Below, one piece after another: positions 56,269 through 64,000 of a stretch of 64,000 nt of DNA. The notes beneath the pieces are model-generated. The model searched no databases. It was not told where the DNA came from and saw nothing but the letters and a program-made list of their open reading frames with translations. A program made the position numbers and the translations under genes. Source of the stretch: Hymenobacter sp. (lineage in GTDB: Bacteria; Bacteroidota; Bacteroidia; Cytophagales; Hymenobacteraceae); contig NZ_JANNOD010000043.1 of NCBI RefSeq assembly GCF_031398885.1, forward strand, positions 4,415 through 68,414, written 5' to 3'. How positions within the stretch are numbered: position 1 is the stretch's first letter; each line of letters begins with the position of its first letter.

Positions 56269-57216
56269 ATGCACGTCATCCGCGACCCCGCCGAGTTTCC
56301 CCGTTTGCCGAATGCCGTCGTCACCAGCGGCACCTTCGACGGCGTGCACGTGGGGCACCAGCGCATCCTGGGCCGGCTGCGCGAGGTGGCGCGGGCCCAT
56401 GGGGCGCCGGCGGTGGTCATCACCTACTGGCCGCACCCGCGGCTGGTGCTGGGCCCGCCGCCCGCCCACCCCGAGCGGCTGGAGCTGGAGCTGCTCAACA
56501 CGCTGGCGGAGCGCATCGACAAGCTAGCCGGTTTTGGGGTGGACTACCTGCTCATCGTGCCCTTCACCCGGAAATTTGCGCAGTGGACTTCGGAGGAGTA
56601 CATTCAGAAGCTGCTGCTGGGCACGGTGGGCGCCAAGCAATTGGTCATTGGCTACGACCACCGCTTCGGCAAAAACCGCGAAGGCGGCTTCGACTACCTG
56701 CGCCAGCACGCCGACCGCTACGGACTGACGGTGGAAGAAATTCCGCGCGAGGACGTGGACGCCGTGGGCGTGAGCAGCACGCGCATTCGCCACGCCCTGC
56801 GCCAGGGCGACATCGCCACCGCCAACCGCTACCTCGGCTACCCCTACCCGCTCACCGGCCGGGTGGTGCACGGCCAAAAGCTGGGCCGCACCATTGGCTA
56901 CCCCACGGCCAACCTCGCCCCTACCGAGCCGCTGAAGCTGGTGCCGGCCCGCGGCATCTACGCGGTGTGGGCCACCACGGCGGCCGGCACCCGGCACCCG
57001 GGCATGCTCAGCATCGGCGTGCGGCCCACCGTGGGGGCCGATTTGGTGCAAACCATCGAGGTGAATTTACTGGATTTCAGCGGCGACTTATACGACAAGG
57101 AACTGACCCTGGAGTTTGTGGCCTGGCTGCGGGCCGAAGAAAAATACGACGGGCTGGGCGCGTTAAAGGCCCAACTGGCGTTGGATGCGCAGCATACGCG
57201 GGCGGCCCTGGCATAA
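56269..57216 (+). CDS. ribF: Bifunctional riboflavin kinase / FAD synthetase
   Basis: GTFDGVHVGHQ, IGYDHRFG, VSSTRIR, GRTIGYPTAN, EVNLLDFSGDLY. Confidence 0.96.
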   Translation: MHVIRDPAEFPRLPNAVVTSGTFDGVHVGHQRILGRLREVARAHGAPAVVITYWPHPRLVLGPPPAHPERLELELLNTLAERIDKLAGFGVDYLLIVPFTRKFAQWTSEEYIQKLLLGTVGAKQLVIGYDHRFGKNREGGFDYLRQHADRYGLTVEEIPREDVDAVGVSSTRIRHALRQGDIATANRYLGYPYPLTGRVVHGQKLGRTIGYPTANLAPTEPLKLVPARGIYAVWATTAAGTRHPGMLSIGVRPTVGADLVQTIEVNLLDFSGDLYDKELTLEFVAWLRAEEKYDGLGALKAQLALDAQHTRAALA

Positions 57217-57256
57217 GCCACTTCCGGCTCATTGCCTGTAATATTATTTATTATTT

Positions 57257-58594
57257 ATGAGATACTTACAACGTTTATTAGGTTCGCACACCACTCGTCA
57301 GGCACCCCTCTCTTTGGGAGAGGGGCCGGGGGTGAGGTTTTTCGGCTGCGCCGCGTGCACGAACCGAAGAATCGCGTTAAAATTATTCCTTCTGGCCAGC
57401 TGCTGGCTGGGGGCCTCCGGCGCGGCGCGGGCCCAGGGCAAGCTCAGCGGCGTGGTGCAGGACTCGGTGACGCACGAGCCGCTGGCCTTCGCCAGCGTGT
57501 TCCTGGCCAACACCACGCTGGGCGTTACCACCACCGAGCAGGGCACGTTTGAATTCCCCAAAGTGCCGGCGGGCACCTACGACGTGGTGGGCTCCTACGT
57601 GGGCTACCGCCTGGGCAAGCAGTCCGTCGCCGTGGGTCCGGCCACCAAGCCGGTGACGCTGCTGCTGGCCCCCACGGGCAACCAGCTGGGCGAGGTGGTG
57701 GTGAAGCCGGCCCCCAACAAGCCGGAAGAGTACCAAAAATTCGCCGAGCTGTTTCTGGGCGGCACCACGTTTTCGGAGCAGTGCCGCATCAGCAACCCCG
57801 ACCAGGTGCTGGTGCTCTACGACGACTCGACCAAGGAGCTGACGGCCCGCGCCCGGCAGTTTGCGCAAATCGACAACGACGCCCTAGGCTACCGCCTCAA
57901 GTACTACGGGCTGGAGTTCAGCTACAACACTGAGGACCAGACCATTTCCTACTACGGAGAGCCGGTGTTCGAGGAAATGACCCCGCGCGACGAGGAGCAG
58001 CGGCGGCAGTGGGCCGCCAACCGGGCCACGGCGTACACGGGCTCGCTCATGCACTTTTTGCGCAGCGTGCACGCCAACCGCCTGCAGGCCGAGGGCTTCC
58101 TGACCCAGCAAATGCGCGTGGTGCCCAACCCCCACTTCGCGCGGGTTCAGCGCCGGGCCACCGGCGCGTTCACGAGGACCGAGCGGGACTCGCTGGCCCA
58201 GTGGGACCGCGCGGCGCCGGTCTTCGCCCGGCTCTACCCGGCCGCCCTGCCCATCGACAGCCTGCGCCGGGTGTCGGCCGACGGGCAGCACACCTACCTG
58301 CGCTTCACGGGCGAGCTGCAGGTGGCCCACTTCGGCGAGGCGCCCGACCCGCGCTACCGCCGGCCGATGTCCCCGCTGGGCCCGGCGCGCCCGCCCTACC
58401 CCGCCCAGCGGCAGGTGTCGCGGCTGCGGCTGCAAGAGGGCGAGGCCGAGGCCGAGATTCAGGCCAATGGGGCCCCGCTCAACCCGCTCGAAATCCTCGC
58501 CGGCGAGTATTGGGGCTTTGAGCGAATCGGCGATTTTATGCCTTTTGATTACGTCCTGCCCGCCGCTTCCACTCCTACCCCCGCCAACCCATGA
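57257..58594 (+). CDS. Carboxypeptidase-regulatory-like (CarbopepD_reg_2) domain protein
   Basis: [20 protein letters not shown]...[12 protein letters not shown]...LGEVVV; start uncertain. Confidence 0.8.
   Translation: MRYLQRLLGSHTTRQAPLSLGEGPGVRFFGCAACTNRRIALKLFLLASCWLGASGAARAQGKLSGVVQDSVTHEPLAFASVFLANTTLGVTTTEQGTFEFPKVPAGTYDVVGSYVGYRLGKQSVAVGPATKPVTLLLAPTGNQLGEVVVKPAPNKPEEYQKFAELFLGGTTFSEQCRISNPDQVLVLYDDSTKELTARARQFAQIDNDALGYRLKYYGLEFSYNTEDQTISYYGEPVFEEMTPRDEEQRRQWAANRATAYTGSLMHFLRSVHANRLQAEGFLTQQMRVVPNPHFARVQRRATGAFTRTERDSLAQWDRAAPVFARLYPAALPIDSLRRVSADGQHTYLRFTGELQVAHFGEAPDPRYRRPMSPLGPARPPYPAQRQVSRLRLQEGEAEAEIQANGAPLNPLEILAGEYWGFERIGDFMPFDYVLPAASTPTPANP
57281..57365. repeat. Second CCCCTCTC/GAGAGGGG-type REP element
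   Basis: GGTTCGCAC...CACCCCTCTCTTTGGGAGAGGGGCCGGGGGTGAGG...GCGTGCACGAACC, similar to 56037-56155. Confidence 0.7.
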
Positions 58595-59292
58595 TTGACA
58601 AAACCGTTCCGAATGCCGAGGCCGCCCTGCAGGGCCTGGCCGACGGCATGACCCTGATGCTCGGCGGCTTCGGCCTCTGCGGCATCCCCGAAAACTCCAT
58701 TCAGGAAATCCTGCGCCGCGGCGTGACGCACCTCACCTGCATTAGCAACAACGCGGGCGTGGACGACTTTGGCATCGGCCGGCTGCTGCAAACCAAGCAG
58801 GTGCGCAAGATGATTTCGAGCTACGTGGGCGAGAACGCCGAGTTTGAGCGCCAGCTGCTGAGCGGCGAGTTGGAAGTGGAATTGATTCCGCAGGGCACCC
58901 TGGCCGAGCGGTGCCGGGCCGGCGGGGCGGGCATTCCGGCCTTCTACACGCCGGCCGGCTACGGCACCGAAGTGGGCGAGGGCAAGGAAAGCCGCGAATT
59001 CCACGGCAAGATGTACCTGCTCGAAACCGGCCTCACCGCCGACTTCGCCTTCGTGAAAGCCTGGCGCGGCGACACCGCCGGCAACCTGGTGTACAAGGGC
59101 ACGGCCCGCAACTTCAACCCGATGATGGCCACGGCCGGCAAAATCACCGTGGCCGAAGTGGAGGAGCTGGTGCCCGCCGGCGCGCTTGACCCCAACCAGA
59201 TTCACACGCCCGGCATCTTCGTCCAGCGCATCTACCAGGGCGCGCACTACGAGAAGCGCATCGAGCAGCGCACGGTGCGGGCCGCTTCATAG
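58591..59292 (+). CDS. scoA: 3-oxoacid CoA-transferase subunit A
   Basis: [40 protein letters not shown]. Confidence 0.92.
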   Translation: MIDKTVPNAEAALQGLADGMTLMLGGFGLCGIPENSIQEILRRGVTHLTCISNNAGVDDFGIGRLLQTKQVRKMISSYVGENAEFERQLLSGELEVELIPQGTLAERCRAGGAGIPAFYTPAGYGTEVGEGKESREFHGKMYLLETGLTADFAFVKAWRGDTAGNLVYKGTARNFNPMMATAGKITVAEVEELVPAGALDPNQIHTPGIFVQRIYQGAHYEKRIEQRTVRAAS

Positions 59293-59314
59293 TGCAACCA
59301 TCCTGACTGGAGCT

Positions 59315-59695
59315 ATGCGAGTTGCACTGCGTATCCGCCTGATGCTGGCGCTACTGGTGTTGCTGCTGGCGCTGCTGCCGGTAGCTTTCGGGGTGTATAT
59401 CAACGAAACCGGCCCGGCGCCAACCACCGCCCGGCTGGCTGGCCGCTGCTCACGCTACTGCGAGGCGTACGGCTGCCCGCACGCCACGCCGGCCAACAGT
59501 CCGGCTTATTTTCGGCTGCGGCCGCTGTTTGTGGCCACCATCAAAGGCCTGATGGGTGGCGGCCGGGCGTGGTATGCGGCCGTCAACATTGCTTTTTACC
59601 TTGTGTTGATTCCGCTCTTGCTGCTGGGCCTCACCTATGGGGCACTGCGCAACGCGGTGCTGATTCGGCAACTTAAAGCGCTGCGCCGTGAATAG
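59315..59695 (+). CDS. Hypothetical membrane protein with CxxxCxxxxCPH motif
   Basis: Two TM segments flanking CSRYCEAYGCPH; overlaps next ORF. Confidence 0.6.
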   Translation: MRVALRIRLMLALLVLLLALLPVAFGVYINETGPAPTTARLAGRCSRYCEAYGCPHATPANSPAYFRLRPLFVATIKGLMGGGRAWYAAVNIAFYLVLIPLLLLGLTYGALRNAVLIRQLKALRRE

Positions 59696-59933
59696 TTTGC
59701 TGACGTGGGGCGCCCGTTTCATTCGTTTTGCGTTTTGGTACTGCACCGATTTCATGGTGAATCTGGCCAACCGCGTGCACACTTCCTACAACGAAGCCAA
59801 TACCTGGGTACTATTGCTGCTGATTCCCGGGCTGCTGGTGCTGCTGGTTGGCGTGCGCATCGTGCAGTGGTTTCAGCTGCGCCGCCTCATGGCTGGCCGC
59901 CGTGCGCCTCTTTCCATCTCCAAACCTTCATAG
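59688..59933 (+). CDS. Small hypothetical membrane protein
   Basis: 81 aa; FWYCTDFMVNLAN...SYNEANTW followed by a TM segment. Confidence 0.6.
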   Translation: MNSLLTWGARFIRFAFWYCTDFMVNLANRVHTSYNEANTWVLLLLIPGLLVLLVGVRIVQWFQLRRLMAGRRAPLSISKPS

Positions 59934-59952
59934 CTAACCAGCATCCTATTCC

Positions 59953-60141
59953 ATGACCTTACGCAAAAACTCCCTCGCGCTGCTCCTGTTGCTGAGCGGC
60001 TACGGCGCTGGGGCCCAGGTGACGGCACCCGCCCGCAAGGCATCTACCCAGAAATACCCCAACACCACCGGCGGCGACCTGGCCAGCAAATTCAAAACCG
60101 CTGTTTACCAGACGTTCTGGTCGGCTGAAGCAGTCAAATAG
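59953..60141 (+). CDS. Short signal-peptide-bearing ORF, possible truncated remnant
   Basis: MTLRKNSLALLLLLSGYGAGAQ; stop lies 4 nt before a REP. Confidence 0.4.
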   Translation: MTLRKNSLALLLLLSGYGAGAQVTAPARKASTQKYPNTTGGDLASKFKTAVYQTFWSAEAVK

Positions 60142-60144
60142 CCC

Positions 60145-60237
60145 GTCGTGCCGAGCGCAGCCGAAGCATCTCGCGTGTGATGGTGACTCAATCGTTCGAT
60201 AGTGCGAGCGAGGTGCCTCGGCTGCGCTCGGCATGAC
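60145..60237. repeat. CGTC-type REP doublet
   Basis: GTCGTGCCGAGCGCAGCCGAAGCATCTCGC / GCGAGGTGCCTCGGCTGCGCTCGGCATGAC. Confidence 0.82.
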
Positions 60238-60242
60238 GTTCC

Positions 60243-60294
60243 TTTTGCTCATTGTTAATTGCTCATTGTTAATTGTTAATTGCTCATTGTTAAT
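60243..60294. repeat. Tandem heptamer array (TTGCTCA/TTGTTAA)n upstream of scoB
   Basis: TTGCTCA-TTGTTAA-TTGCTCA-TTGTTAA-TTGTTAA-TTGCTCA-TTGTTAA. Confidence 0.85.
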
Positions 60295-60304
60295 CGAATA
60301 ACCC

Positions 60305-60961
60305 ATGCTCGACAAACACGGCATCGCCCGGCGCATCGCCCAGGAAGTGAAAGACGGCTCCTACGTCAACCTCGGCATCGGGATTCCCACGCTGGTGGCC
60401 AACTACATTCCAGCCGGCATCAATGTGGAGCTGCAATCCGAAAACGGGCTGCTCGGCATGGGCCCCTTCCCCACCGAGGACCAGGTGGACCCCGACCTCA
60501 TCAACGCCGGCAAGCAGACCGTGACCACCCTGCCCGGCTCCAGCCTCTTCAGCTCCGCCGACTCGTTTGCCATGATACGCGGCGAGCACGTGGACCTGAC
60601 CATTCTCGGGGCCATGGAAGTTTCGGAGCGCGGCGACATCGCCAACTGGAAAATCCCTGGTAAGATGGTGAAGGGCATGGGTGGCGCCATGGATTTGGTG
60701 GCTTCCGCCAAGAACATCATCGTGGCCATGCAGCACGTGGCCAAGGACGGCTCCAGCAAGCTGCTGGCCGACTGCACGCTGCCCATCACGGGCCTGCGCT
60801 GCGTGAAGAAAATCGTGACCGAGCTGGCCGTGTTCGACGTGACGCCCGACGGCTTCGTGCTGCGCGAGCGGGCGCCCGGCGTGAGCGTGGCGCAAATCGT
60901 GGCCGCCACGGCGGGCCGGCTGGTAGTGCCGGCGGGCGAAGTGCCGGAGATGACGGTTTAA
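60305..60961 (+). CDS. scoB: 3-oxoacid CoA-transferase subunit B
   Basis: [21 protein letters not shown] (catalytic Glu), [17 protein letters not shown]. Confidence 0.93.
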   Translation: MLDKHGIARRIAQEVKDGSYVNLGIGIPTLVANYIPAGINVELQSENGLLGMGPFPTEDQVDPDLINAGKQTVTTLPGSSLFSSADSFAMIRGEHVDLTILGAMEVSERGDIANWKIPGKMVKGMGGAMDLVASAKNIIVAMQHVAKDGSSKLLADCTLPITGLRCVKKIVTELAVFDVTPDGFVLRERAPGVSVAQIVAATAGRLVVPAGEVPEMTV

Positions 60962-61018
60962 GGTTCGGTGCCAGCGGTTACGGTGCGTACCTTCGTTTTG
61001 CTTCAACGTCATGATTTT

Positions 61019-62179
61019 ATGCGCCATATAGTTACCCTCTTCCTGCTGGCCGCCGCGCCCGCGCTGGCCCAAACCACCTCGCCGGTCATCGACCGGACGG
61101 ACATGCCAACAGTCACGACCGCGGCGCCCGTCGACTCGCTGCGCCTGAGCGTGGCCAGCCCGGTGCTGCCGGCCAGCGCCCCGCCCCTGACCCAGCGCGG
61201 CGCCAACCAAACCTGGAACTACGCCGGCCTGCTGCCCCTGACCCAGCGCGTGGAGCGCTACGTGAGCGTGGCCGCGGCCGGGGGCACCTACCAATTCACC
61301 TTCGGCACCCTGGGCAACGCCGCCAACCGCGCCACCGTGGCCGCGTCCCAGACGCTGCCGGTGCCGCCCGGGGTCACCGTTCCCTTTTCCGACCCCTACC
61401 AGTTTTTCGGCGTGTCAGCGGCCGCCGCGGCCGCGCAGGACTTTCGCTCGGTGGGCTACGGCGCCAGCCTGACGGGATTCCCGGTGCCCATTCCCGTCAC
61501 CTACGCCAGCGCGGCCGAGCAGGACGTCATTTACCGCTTTCCGCTCGGCTTCGCCAGCCCCGCCGATTCCAGCGACTCGTTCTTCGCCATCAGCGCGCCG
61601 GGCGTCGGCTACCTCAGCCAGCGGCGCCGCCGCGTGAACCAGCCCGATGCCTGGGGCACGCTCACCACGCCTTTCGGCACGTTCCAGGCGGTGCGGCTCG
61701 TGGCCAAGCTCACCGACCACGACAGCGTGGCGTTTGGGGCCGCGCCCGGCCAGGGCCTTGATTTGCCGGTGCGCCGCGAGTACAAATGGCTCGCCAAAGG
61801 CCAGCACGTGCCGCTGCTCACCATCACCACCACCGTGCTGGCCGGCCAGGAAACCGTGACCGGCGTGGAGTACCGCGACAGCTACCGCCGCATCGTGCGC
61901 CTGGCCACCCGCGACGCGGCCACCGATGCCGCGCTGGCAGCCTTCCCCAACCCTTCGGCCGTGGGCAGCCCCTTGTTGTTGAGCGTGCCGGCCGGAAGCG
62001 GCCCGCTCACGGTGTCGGCCACCGATTTGGTGGGGCGGCAGCTGTTTCGGCGGGCGTTTGGCCACCACTCGGGCACGCTGAGCGTGGGCGCCGAAGCCTT
62101 TGGCGCCTTCCGCGGCGTGGCCCTGCTGACCGTGACCACGAGCCGGGGCACGGCCACGCGGCGGGTGGTGCGGGAGTAA
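61019..62179 (+). CDS. T9SS type A cargo protein of unknown function
   Basis: Signal peptide; beta-rich body (GANQTWNY, DAWGTLTTPFGTF); CTD AFPNPS...DLVGRQL...G...TRRVVRE. Confidence 0.82.
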   Translation: MRHIVTLFLLAAAPALAQTTSPVIDRTDMPTVTTAAPVDSLRLSVASPVLPASAPPLTQRGANQTWNYAGLLPLTQRVERYVSVAAAGGTYQFTFGTLGNAANRATVAASQTLPVPPGVTVPFSDPYQFFGVSAAAAAAQDFRSVGYGASLTGFPVPIPVTYASAAEQDVIYRFPLGFASPADSSDSFFAISAPGVGYLSQRRRRVNQPDAWGTLTTPFGTFQAVRLVAKLTDHDSVAFGAAPGQGLDLPVRREYKWLAKGQHVPLLTITTTVLAGQETVTGVEYRDSYRRIVRLATRDAATDAALAAFPNPSAVGSPLLLSVPAGSGPLTVSATDLVGRQLFRRAFGHHSGTLSVGAEAFGAFRGVALLTVTTSRGTATRRVVRE

Positions 62180-62222
62180 TTTCGAATAATTCCGCACCGT
62201 TCTGGCCGGTTCTTCGTTTGAC

Positions 62223-62256
62223 TACCCGTTGGCGACCTGTGCCAACGGGTATTTTT
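62223..62256 (+). terminator. Intrinsic terminator
   Basis: TACCCGTTGGC-GACCTGT-GCCAACGGGTA-TTTTT. Confidence 0.7.
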
Positions 62257-62336
62257 ACGGGTAATTTTGACGGGCCGCCCCGACGCGCGGGCCCTCGTTC
62301 AGCACCCATTTCCACCGCCGCATCTTTTCCAATTAT

Positions 62337-64000
62337 ATGGCCACTCCTTCCAACGGCAAGTCCACTGCCGCTTCTTCTTCCAACGGCAAAGCTGCTCCCG
62401 GCGGCGCGCACGCCAAAAAAGTGGGCAAGCCCGGCTCCGCCCTGGTCGCTTCGCCCGCCGAGCGCCTGACGCCCACCGCCGTGCCGGCCCACAAGCTGGT
62501 GCTGCGCACGCTGCGCCGCTCCGACTTCAAGACCATCAAGGACATCATGGACCAAGTGTACTCCAACATGGAGGGCGCCTGGTCGGCCGACGAGTTCAGC
62601 GCCCTGCTGCGCAAGTTCCCGGAGGGCCAGATTGGCATCGAGGACAACGGCCGGCTGGTGGCCGCCGCCCTGGCCATCATCGTGGACTACGCCAAGTACG
62701 GCGACAAGCACACCTACGCCAAAATCACGGGCAACGGCAAGTTCGACACCCACGACGCCGACGGCGACACGCTCTACGGCGTCGACGTGTTCGTGGACCC
62801 GGAGTACCGCAGCCTGCGCCTGGGCCGCCGCCTCTACGACGCCCGCAAGGAGCTGTGCGAAAACCTGAACCTGCGCGCCATGGTGGCCGGCGGCCGCATC
62901 CCCGGCTACGCCTCCTACGCCGACGAGATGACCCCGGCCAAGTACGTGGAGATGGTGCGCAACAAGGAGCTGGTCGACCCCATCCTGACCTTCCAGCTCT
63001 CGAACGAGTTTTACGTCCGCAAAATCATCCGCGGCTACCTGCCCTACGACTCCGAGAGCAAGGCCTACGCCACGCTGCTGGAGTGGATTAACGTGTACTA
63101 CGAGGAGGAAGAAAAGCTCATCGGCAACCAGAAGTCCAACGTGCGCATCGGCATTGTGCAGTGGCAGATGCGCGCCACCCGCAGCCTGGAGGACTTGTTG
63201 CAGCAGATTGAGTTTTTCGTGGACACGGTGAGCGGCTATAAGGCCGACTGCGTGATGTTCCCGGAGTTTTTCAACGCCCCGCTCATGGCCCTGACCAACG
63301 AGGACTCGCCGGCCGTGGCCATCCGGGCGATGGCGGCGTTTTCGGAGCCCATCAAGGCCAAGATGATGGAGCTGGCCGTGAGCTACAACATCAACATCGT
63401 GGCCGGCTCGATGCCGGTGTACGAGGAGGGCAAGCTGTTCAACGTGGCCTACCTCTGCCGGCGCGACGGCACCGTGGACGAGCAGTACAAGCTGCACGTG
63501 ACGCCCGACGAGGCCAGCTACTGGGGCATGCGCGGCGGCGACAAGCTGGTGTGCTTCGACACGGACTTCGGCAAAATCGGCATCCTGGTGTGCTACGACG
63601 TGGAATTCCCGGAGCTCTCGCGCATGCTCAGCGACGAGGGCATGAAAATACTGTTCGTGCCCTTCTGGACCGACACCAAGAACTCCTACCAGCGGGTGCG
63701 CATCTGCGCCCAGGCCCGGGCCATCGAGAACGAGTGCTACGTGGCCATCACCGGCTCGGTGGGCAACCTGCCCCGCGTCGAGAACATGGACATCCAGTAC
63801 TCCCAGAGCGCGGTGTTCAGCCCCTCCGACTTCGCCTTCCCGCACGACGCCATCGTGGCCGAAGCCACCCCGAACACCGAGATGACCCTGATTGCCGACC
63901 TCGACCTGAACCTGCTCAAGGACCTCAACACCAGCGGCGCCGTGCGCAACCTGCGCGACCGCCGCAAGGACCTGTACTCGGTGAGCTGGGTGATGAAAAA
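62337..64000 (+). CDS. GNAT acetyltransferase fused to carbon-nitrogen hydrolase (partial, runs off right edge)
   Basis: Manual translation (absent from ORF track): LYGVDVFVDPEYRSLRLGRRLY (GNAT), then MFPEFF, QYKLHVTP, LVCYDVEFPE (Glu-Lys-Cys triad). Confidence 0.9.
   Translation, partial: MATPSNGKSTAASSSNGKAAPGGAHAKKVGKPGSALVASPAERLTPTAVPAHKLVLRTLRRSDFKTIKDIMDQVYSNMEGAWSADEFSALLRKFPEGQIGIEDNGRLVAAALAIIVDYAKYGDKHTYAKITGNGKFDTHDADGDTLYGVDVFVDPEYRSLRLGRRLYDARKELCENLNLRAMVAGGRIPGYASYADEMTPAKYVEMVRNKELVDPILTFQLSNEFYVRKIIRGYLPYDSESKAYATLLEWINVYYEEEEKLIGNQKSNVRIGIVQWQMRATRSLEDLLQQIEFFVDTVSGYKADCVMFPEFFNAPLMALTNEDSPAVAIRAMAAFSEPIKAKMMELAVSYNINIVAGSMPVYEEGKLFNVAYLCRRDGTVDEQYKLHVTPDEASYWGMRGGDKLVCFDTDFGKIGILVCYDVEFPELSRMLSDEGMKILFVPFWTDTKNSYQRVRICAQARAIENECYVAITGSVGNLPRVENMDIQYSQSAVFSPSDFAFPHDAIVAEATPNTEMTLIADLDLNLLKDLNTSGAVRNLRDRRKDLYSVSWVMK

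Overview
High-GC Bacteroidota chromosomal DNA that looks Hymenobacter-like. This rests on gene order, T9SS cargo proteins and recurrent TAnnTTTG -7 promoter boxes. The backbone is housekeeping: pta-ackA, a HAD-serA fusion, dacB, pyrG-yidC, parA-parB-DUF5683-dapB-lepB, ung, apaG, kdsA, cphA, tRNA-Cys, rpsA, smpB, tsaD, tamB, ftsX-uppP-truB-ribF, scoA/scoB and a GNAT-nitrilase fusion. Small AT-richer accessory cassettes are inserted into it: an AlbA_2/Schlafen-like ATPase gene, two type II TA pairs, a DUF433 gene inside parAB, and an IS5-family element that splits a lipoprotein gene. I found no prophage, CRISPR array or rRNA. The least-explained signals are: (i) a 13-unit 21-nt array with a conserved 12-nt head and variable 9-nt tail between lepB and ung; (ii) several families of palindromic heptamer-array and REP-like elements at operon junctions, one of which appears to supply the N-terminus of TruB; (iii) a CphA whose N-domain hydrolase motif reads HxxQH with no Cys; (iv) an S1 protein with a 160-aa Ala-rich tail containing 20-residue repeats; (v) a degenerate duplicate of the dacB 3' end flanking a PIN TA module. 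All product calls come from motif recognition by eye, not database searches.
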